From positions 352,001-416,000 of the forward strand of contig CAVWFS010000008.1 in NCBI GenBank assembly GCA_963754315.1: a DNA stretch of 64,000 bases, given 5' to 3'. Made by a program: the position numbers and the translations under genes. The notes under the pieces were generated by a model. It saw only the letters and a list, made by a program, of their open reading frames with translations. It ran no database searches and was not told the origin of the DNA. This stretch comes from an uncultured Candidatus Rokubacteria bacterium (lineage in GTDB: Bacteria > Methylomirabilota > Methylomirabilia > Rokubacteriales > CSP1-6). Numbering within the stretch: position 1 is the first letter of the stretch; each line of letters starts with the position of its first letter. Shown in pieces: positions 58,215-64,000 of this stretch.

Positions 58215-59846
58215 ATGGGCCGAGGAATCGATCGTCGGACATTTCTGAAGACGGCAGCGACGACGGCGGTCGCGGCCGCGGGGGGACCGCTCGTGGTGGG
58301 CACCCGGGCCGTCGCCTCGAACGATCGCTTGGTGGTGGCGGTCGGCAGCTGGGGCACGGAAACGCCGTTTGCCTGGCGTACCGTGCAGGCCGAGAAGCCC
58401 CTGTGGGATTGTATGTATGATTCGCTCATCACGCGCGAGGCGAAGACCTTCGAATACCGCCCCGGCCTGGCCACCGAGTGGAAGCCGTCGAACGAGATGC
58501 GGACCTGGACGTTCAAGCTCCGTCCCGGGGTGAAGTTCCATGAAGGGTGGGGCGAGATGACGGCCGAGGACGTCAAGTTCACGGTCGAACAGAACATCAA
58601 GCCCGACGCCGGCGGCGGCTCGGCCCCGTTCTTTCGCGGCCAGCTCGACCGGATCGAGACACCCGACAAGCTCACCGTGGTGATGCACTTCAAGAATCGC
58701 GTGTGGGAGGCGCCCTCCAACTTCACCCAGTTCGTCGGCTACCAGAACATCACCTCCAAGAAGTATCTGGAATCGGTGGGTGAGCAGAAGGCAGCGCTGC
58801 ATCCCATCGGCACTGGTCCCTACCGCCACGTGGAAGGTCGGCAGGGCGACTACCACCGGTTCGAGGCGGTCCCGAATCACTGGCGGAAGACCCCTGCGTT
58901 CAAGGAGTTGGTGATCCGACGTGTCCCTGATCCGGCCACGCGTCTATCCGGACTCCGCGCGGGCGAGATCGACATCGGGCAAGTATTTGGCGACTACCTC
59001 GAACAGGCTCGGAAGGCAGGACTCCGCATCCACCCGGTTGCGAACTCTGCCTGCAACTGGGTCATCCTGTCGGGCCAGACCACGCCGGACCGCGACGACT
59101 ACTGCCCGACCTGCCCCTGGGCCGGCGACCCGAACGACAAGAAGAGTCTCGAGAACGCGCGCAAAGTCCGGCTCGCCATGAACCTGGCCGTGAACAAGAA
59201 GGCCATCATCAGCGGGCTCTGGAAGGGGATGGGCACGGAGACGCCCTTCTCGTACTACTACTATCCATTCCACAAGGGCTACAGCGCCGACTGGAAGATT
59301 CCGCCCTACGATCCCGAGCGGGCCAAGAAGCTGCTGGCCGAGGCGGGCCAGTCGGGCGGGTTCGAGGTTCGCGTGAATCCCATGGTCATGGTCTACGCGG
59401 CCGATGGGCCCGACATCATGGAGGCGGTCGCCCTCGATTGGGAGAAGGTCGGGATCAAGTCGAAGCGGTTCCCGGAGATGACCAGCACCTTCGGCCCCAA
59501 GTCCCGTCTGCGCAAGACCAACAAGACACACTGGGTCTATGGCTCGCCGCCGTTCGACGAGCCCATCCTCGCCTGGAGCCGCGTGCTGCATTCCAAGGGC
59601 GCCTTCAACCTGCTCTGCGACGGCCCGTACGACGAGGACATCGAGACCGCCATGGCAGAGCTCGATGTCGAGAAGCGGGCGGGACTGAGCCGAGCGCTGG
59701 GACAGAAGCTCTACGACGACTATCGCGGCGTCATGCTGGGAGTCCGATCGATCACGTGGGCGACGAGCCGCAAGGTGGGCAGCTGGCAAACGCTTGCCTT
59801 CGTCCCGCTCGAAACCAACTACGAGTACGTGAGCCCCGCCAGCTAG
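58215..59846 (+). CDS. Tat-exported ABC substrate-binding protein, family 5 (orphan)
   Basis: DRRTFLK Tat motif; LRPGVKFH and PIGTGPY motifs. Confidence 0.9.
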   Translation: MGRGIDRRTFLKTAATTAVAAAGGPLVVGTRAVASNDRLVVAVGSWGTETPFAWRTVQAEKPLWDCMYDSLITREAKTFEYRPGLATEWKPSNEMRTWTFKLRPGVKFHEGWGEMTAEDVKFTVEQNIKPDAGGGSAPFFRGQLDRIETPDKLTVVMHFKNRVWEAPSNFTQFVGYQNITSKKYLESVGEQKAALHPIGTGPYRHVEGRQGDYHRFEAVPNHWRKTPAFKELVIRRVPDPATRLSGLRAGEIDIGQVFGDYLEQARKAGLRIHPVANSACNWVILSGQTTPDRDDYCPTCPWAGDPNDKKSLENARKVRLAMNLAVNKKAIISGLWKGMGTETPFSYYYYPFHKGYSADWKIPPYDPERAKKLLAEAGQSGGFEVRVNPMVMVYAADGPDIMEAVALDWEKVGIKSKRFPEMTSTFGPKSRLRKTNKTHWVYGSPPFDEPILAWSRVLHSKGAFNLLCDGPYDEDIETAMAELDVEKRAGLSRALGQKLYDDYRGVMLGVRSITWATSRKVGSWQTLAFVPLETNYEYVSPAS

Positions 59847-59853
59847 TCATCCA

Positions 59854-60030
59854 GCACGCACGGATGATCGAGGGGCGCCACGGGTTCCCGGGGCGTCCCG
59901 AGCGCTGGGGGTATGGGGGGCCATGGCGGGGCCCCCGGATGGGCACGCACGGATGATCGAGGGGCGCCACGGGTTTCCCGGGGCGTCCCGAGCGCTGGGG
60001 GGTATGGGGGGCCATGGCGGGGCCCCCCAT
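59854..60030. repeat. Two tandem copies of an ~89-bp GC-rich palindromic repeat (same family as 18804-19074)
   Basis: gcacgcacggatgatcgaggggcgccacgggtttcccggggcgtcccgagcgctggggggtatggggggccatggcggggccccc at 59854 and 59943. Confidence 0.92.
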
Positions 60031-60042
60031 GATAACGACACA

Positions 60043-61587
60043 CTAATTCCGCTTCAGGCGCAGATCCTCCAGAGGGCCGGAGTACGCGAAGCTGCGGATC
60101 AGGTTGACACCCGGTTCCTCGACGCGGGGCCCGACCCCCCAGATGAAGGCCAGCTCGTAGATGGGAATCTGGGTCACCCGATCGTGGAGGATCTGCTGGA
60201 TCTGGCCGAGCAGGGCCTCGCGCTTCTTCACGTCCGTCTCCCGGGCCTGGCGCTGGAAGAGGTCTTCGACGTCGGGCATGACGCCTGCGGTGTAGATGCC
60301 GTTCCGGCTGACGTAGGCCTCGAGGCGCGTGGCCGCGTTGCCGCCGGCGCCGGTGATGCCGACGATGACGTTCTTGAGCTTGCGCTCGCGCCACGCCGTC
60401 GTCATCGCCGCGCGCTCCATGATGCGGATCTTCGTCCGAATTCCGACTGCCCCCAGGTAGGTGGCCAGCGCCTCGCCCATCGAGTTGTAGGGCGGCCACG
60501 GGTAGAAGTCACCGGCATCGAACCCGTTGGGGAAGCCCGCCTCGGCGAGCAGCCGCTTGGCCTTCGCGGGATCGAAAGGATCCGGCTCGAAGATGCGCGA
60601 GAACTCGAGCGCGCGCGGGATCAGCGAGCCGGTCGGCTTCGAGAAGCCGAGCGTCTCGGCCTGGTTGAGCGCGTGCCGGTCGAGGGACAAACTGGCGGCC
60701 TGACGCACGCGGCGGTCATGCCAGGGGGACTTCGGGTCCCACTGGTCAGGCAGATCGAGCCAGAACACGGCGGGGGATTCCTTGGGCGCCACCAGCTTGA
60801 AGCCCGGCGTTCGCTGGATGTCCTCGGCGACGGGGCCGGTGAGCAGATAGGCGATATCCACCTCGCCCTTCTTGAGCGCAGCCGCCCGCGTGGTCTCTTC
60901 CGGCATGCTCCGGTAGACGAGTCGCTTGACGTTGGGGACCTTGCGCCAGTACCCCTCGAAAGCCTCCATCACCAGCTCGACCCCGGGATTGAAGCTCACG
61001 AACTTGTAGGGCCCCGCGCCAATCGGGTGCTTCTTGAACCCGTCTTCTCCCACCTTCTCGACGTACGCCTTGGGCACCACCCACCCGGCGCCAGTGGCCG
61101 AGGTGCCGTAAAACGTCATGAAGTCCGGCCACGCCTCCTTCAGGTGAAAGCGCACCCGCCCGGCGTCCACCACCTGGACCTCGCGTACGCGCTCCTTGAG
61201 GAGCTTCGCCCCCGAGCCCTTGTATCGCTCGAAGGAAAACTTGACGTCATCTGCTGTCACCGGATCGCCATTGTGGAACTTCACGCCCTTGCGCAGGACG
61301 AATTCGTAGGTGAGCCCGTCCTTGGACTGGGTCCACGACTCGGCCAGGCTCGCCGTGTTCGGGCCGGCGGGCAAGGGCTTCACCAGCGCATCGTGGAGCG
61401 CGTAGAGCACCATGAACGGGGTGATGATTCCTTCGGTTTCGGCGGGATCGAGCCAGCGGGAGGCCAAGGTGATGTGCACCCCCCACGTCATCGTTCCTTC
61501 CGGCGCGGCGAATGCCGCACCGGCGACACCCGACACCAGGGCAACCGCTACCAGCACGATCCCGACACCCGCGGTCACTCGCCTCAT
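60043..61587 (-). CDS. ABC substrate-binding protein, family 5 (orphan)
   Basis: Signal peptide (AFA-A); LRKGVKFHNGDPVTADDVKFS and PIGAGPY motifs. Confidence 0.92.
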   Translation of the reverse strand: MRRVTAGVGIVLVAVALVSGVAGAAFAAPEGTMTWGVHITLASRWLDPAETEGIITPFMVLYALHDALVKPLPAGPNTASLAESWTQSKDGLTYEFVLRKGVKFHNGDPVTADDVKFSFERYKGSGAKLLKERVREVQVVDAGRVRFHLKEAWPDFMTFYGTSATGAGWVVPKAYVEKVGEDGFKKHPIGAGPYKFVSFNPGVELVMEAFEGYWRKVPNVKRLVYRSMPEETTRAAALKKGEVDIAYLLTGPVAEDIQRTPGFKLVAPKESPAVFWLDLPDQWDPKSPWHDRRVRQAASLSLDRHALNQAETLGFSKPTGSLIPRALEFSRIFEPDPFDPAKAKRLLAEAGFPNGFDAGDFYPWPPYNSMGEALATYLGAVGIRTKIRIMERAAMTTAWRERKLKNVIVGITGAGGNAATRLEAYVSRNGIYTAGVMPDVEDLFQRQARETDVKKREALLGQIQQILHDRVTQIPIYELAFIWGVGPRVEEPGVNLIRSFAYSGPLEDLRLKRN

Positions 61588-61602
61588 GCATTTCCTCCCG
61601 GA

Positions 61603-63336
61603 TCAGAGTTGCCAGTCTTGATACCAGGTCGACTCGGCGCCCACACCTTCCCGCGCGACCGTAACCTCGATCAGGTACGGTCGGTTCCCGCGGGTGATTC
61701 GCTCCATGCCCCGCCGCAGGGCCGGCTCGAGCTCCTTCACGGTCGTGACGGCTTCGCCATCCACGCCCTGCGAACGGGCGAGGGCAACGTAATCGGTGGC
61801 GGGGGCTCCCAGATAAATGCCCGGATAGCGCCCGTCGCGGACCATCTTGCTATCCGGAACCTCGCGCGCCCAGTTGTGCCGGACGATCTGGTAGCTCTCG
61901 TTGTTGGAGACGATGGTCAGTACCGCCGTGTTGTAGCGGGCCATCGTCCAGAACCCAGCCGCGCTATACGTCAGGGCCCCGTCCCCGAGGTGGAGCACCA
62001 CCGGTCGCTCGCGCCCGACGGCGATCTTGGCGCCGATGGCAGCGCCCACCCCCCAGCCGAGAGAGCCTCCCCCGCTGCGGGTCCAGCCCATTCCCTGATG
62101 CCCGAGGGACATCAGGGTCGTGCGGGCGGTGGAGCTCTCCTGGACCATCGTCGTAGTCGACGGCAACAGCTCGGCCAGCTGCGCCTCGAGCACGCTCGGA
62201 TGCACGATCGTGTCGTGCTCGTGCTCGCGCACGAGGTCTTTCTCACGCTCGATCAGGAGGGCAGCGTACGCGCGCACCTTCGCCCGTTGGCGGGCCCAGG
62301 TGGCTACTCGCTCGGAAGGGTGCAGGCGCGTGAGCACGTCGCCGAGATCGTGGAGTGTCCCCTTCAGCTCGCATTGCGCAGCGAGGTCGAGCGGATAGTG
62401 GCGGCCCATCAGGAGCGGGTTGGGGCCGATCTGCATCACGGCAGGCTCGCTCACGGCGCCATGCACGCCCTGGCATCCGATCAGGAAGAGAAGGTCAGGC
62501 TTCAGTCCGCTGACCTTCTGGAAATCCTGGGAGGCTGGGTACATGCCGCAGTAAAGCGGATGTCGGGTGGGAAAGTTCGCGAAGATCTGTCTGGTCGCGA
62601 ACACCGGAGCCTCGAGGATCTCGGCCAGGCGCACGGCCTCGGCCTGGGCTCCCTCTCGCCAGACGTCGTCGCCGAAGATCAGCAGGGGGCACTGGGCTTC
62701 GCCGAGCCTTCGGGCGATTGCCTCGACCGTCGGCGGCCGCGCCGGGCCAGGCCGCTCGATCCGGTACTGGGCTGCCTCGCCGATCTGGGCTTCGAGCCCC
62801 TCGCGATTCAGGAGCTCGGCGCTGATCGAGAGGTACACGGGGCCGGTGGGTGGTGTGGTCGCTTCGCGCAGGGCACGGGTGGTGGCCACTGTAATGGCGG
62901 CGGGGTTGGCCACGACTTGATACGCGCAGCGCGCCTCCTTGGTCAGCGGACGCATCGATTCGGCCTGGCTCAATCCCGGGAAGGGGGCGAGACCGCGATA
63001 GTCCTGCAGCTCGGACGCCCAGTCGCCGGCAATCACCAGGAGGGAGGAACCGGCCACCTGGGCATTGAAGAGCTGTCCGGCCAGCTGGTAGGAGCCGCCC
63101 ATCACGTGCGCGATGACGACTCCGACCCGGCCGCTGATTCGGTGATATCCATCGGCCATGGCCGCCACCAGTCCCTCGTGCTTGCCGACCACGAGCCGCT
63201 GATCTCCATCCTCGGCCAGGGCCGCAAAGATCCCGGTCTCCGCCGAGCCGGGATTCGTGAAGAGATACTCGACGCCAGCATCCTTGAGGGTCTGAAGGAG
63301 CAACATACCGCCGGTACCGGTGACGGTCTTGCGCAT
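61603..63336 (-). CDS. TPP-binding enzyme (benzoylformate decarboxylase/ALS-like)
   Basis: FTNPGSAE, HEG..AMADGY and GDG...NN motifs. Confidence 0.9.
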   Translation of the reverse strand: MRKTVTGTGGMLLLQTLKDAGVEYLFTNPGSAETGIFAALAEDGDQRLVVGKHEGLVAAMADGYHRISGRVGVVIAHVMGGSYQLAGQLFNAQVAGSSLLVIAGDWASELQDYRGLAPFPGLSQAESMRPLTKEARCAYQVVANPAAITVATTRALREATTPPTGPVYLSISAELLNREGLEAQIGEAAQYRIERPGPARPPTVEAIARRLGEAQCPLLIFGDDVWREGAQAEAVRLAEILEAPVFATRQIFANFPTRHPLYCGMYPASQDFQKVSGLKPDLLFLIGCQGVHGAVSEPAVMQIGPNPLLMGRHYPLDLAAQCELKGTLHDLGDVLTRLHPSERVATWARQRAKVRAYAALLIEREKDLVREHEHDTIVHPSVLEAQLAELLPSTTTMVQESSTARTTLMSLGHQGMGWTRSGGGSLGWGVGAAIGAKIAVGRERPVVLHLGDGALTYSAAGFWTMARYNTAVLTIVSNNESYQIVRHNWAREVPDSKMVRDGRYPGIYLGAPATDYVALARSQGVDGEAVTTVKELEPALRRGMERITRGNRPYLIEVTVAREGVGAESTWYQDWQL

Positions 63337-63402
63337 GGTCTACCTCGTTGGGTGATCGTTCACGTCTAGGCCGGAGCACTATACCAGGAGCCCCCGAACG
63401 CC

Positions 63403-63432
63403 TTGACACGGCAATCGGGCGGATCCTAGGAT
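63403..63432 (+). promoter_or_regulatory. Putative sigma70 promoter
   Basis: TTGACA-18 nt-TAGGAT upstream of AGGAGG SD and ATG 63461. Confidence 0.6.
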
Positions 63433-63460
63433 CGGCCAAGCCCGCACAGGAGGCGACAGC

Positions 63461-64000
63461 ATGCCCCTCACCCGGTACGCGCTCGACGAGTTCATCCACG
63501 ACATGAGTGATCTGGTCTCGACCCAGCCTGATCAGGCGATCCTTTTCGACAGGGGGTCGCGCCTCATCGAACGACTGGTGCGCGATCCGGAATCGGTGCC
63601 GGAAGAGTACCGGCGGCCCGCCCCGCGCGGCCGGCGTCCGGGCGGGGGCAGTTATGTTCTCCACCGTGCACCCGGACTGTCGGTGACGAGCGTGGTGTGG
63701 GGCCCGGGCTCCCACGTGGGGCCGCATGATCATCACACGTGGGGAATGATTGGCGTCATGGGTAACGCCATCCAGGAAACGCGCTTTCGGCGCGTCGACG
63801 ACCGCTCCCGTGAGGGCTACGCCACCCTCGAGAAGGACCGTGCTGTCCTGGTGAAGCCGGGCCAGGTCTCGTTGCTGGTCCCGGACGTGGACGAGATCCA
63901 TCAGCTCGACAACTTCAGCGACCGCACCACGGTCGAGATCCACGTCTACGGGACCGATCTCGTGGGCCTTCAGCGCTGTCGGTATGATCTGCAGACAGGT
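63461..64000 (+). CDS. Cysteine/3-mercaptopropionate dioxygenase-like cupin (runs off the window end)
   Basis: Own translation: MPLTRYALDEF...VVWGPGSHVGPHDHHTWGMIG...EIHQLDN...EIHVYG; not in the ORF track because no stop lies in the window. Confidence 0.82.
   Translation, partial: MPLTRYALDEFIHDMSDLVSTQPDQAILFDRGSRLIERLVRDPESVPEEYRRPAPRGRRPGGGSYVLHRAPGLSVTSVVWGPGSHVGPHDHHTWGMIGVMGNAIQETRFRRVDDRSREGYATLEKDRAVLVKPGQVSLLVPDVDEIHQLDNFSDRTTVEIHVYGTDLVGLQRCRYDLQTG

Noticed and set aside
59854..60030. CRISPR array or small ORFs within the repeat
   Set aside because: There are no spacers, and the ORFs are low-complexity translations of the repeat.
59923..63369. 1148-aa plus-strand ORF
   Set aside because: It is an antisense shadow of the SBP and TPP genes, as expected from high-GC codon bias, and has no recognisable motifs.
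1..64000. tRNA, rRNA, IS elements, prophage
   Set aside because: No recognisable examples were seen by eye; a covariance-model search would be needed to exclude small RNAs.

Overview
A high-GC, gene-dense bacterial chromosomal region with about 60 CDS. Most encode catabolic or redox enzymes (SDRs, amidohydrolases, amidase, hydantoinase A/B, LLM monooxygenase, Mo-hydroxylase large subunit, TPP enzymes, transketolase) or transporters (one Opp/Dpp operon, one Liv operon, two orphan family-5 SBPs, two MFS). There is also a SNF2 helicase plus SWIM pair and a VapBC module. The gene repertoire resembles Ca. Rokubacteria/Methylomirabilota; this is inference only. No rRNA, tRNA, CRISPR array or intact IS was seen. 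Main findings: (1) a hidden PrdB/GrdB-like selenoprotein (in-frame TGA in a UxxC motif, followed by a SECIS-like hairpin) in an apparent operon with a CCG Fe-S protein and a CaiB CoA-transferase; (2) an 80-90 bp GC-rich structured repeat family at two loci showing compensatory base changes; (3) many apparently leaderless promoters; (4) a Rieske dioxygenase alpha/beta deletion-fusion pseudogene; (5) a TPR gene remnant between hydantoinase A and B; (6) several single-G frameshifts that may be sequencing errors. All product calls come from motif recognition by eye, not database searches.
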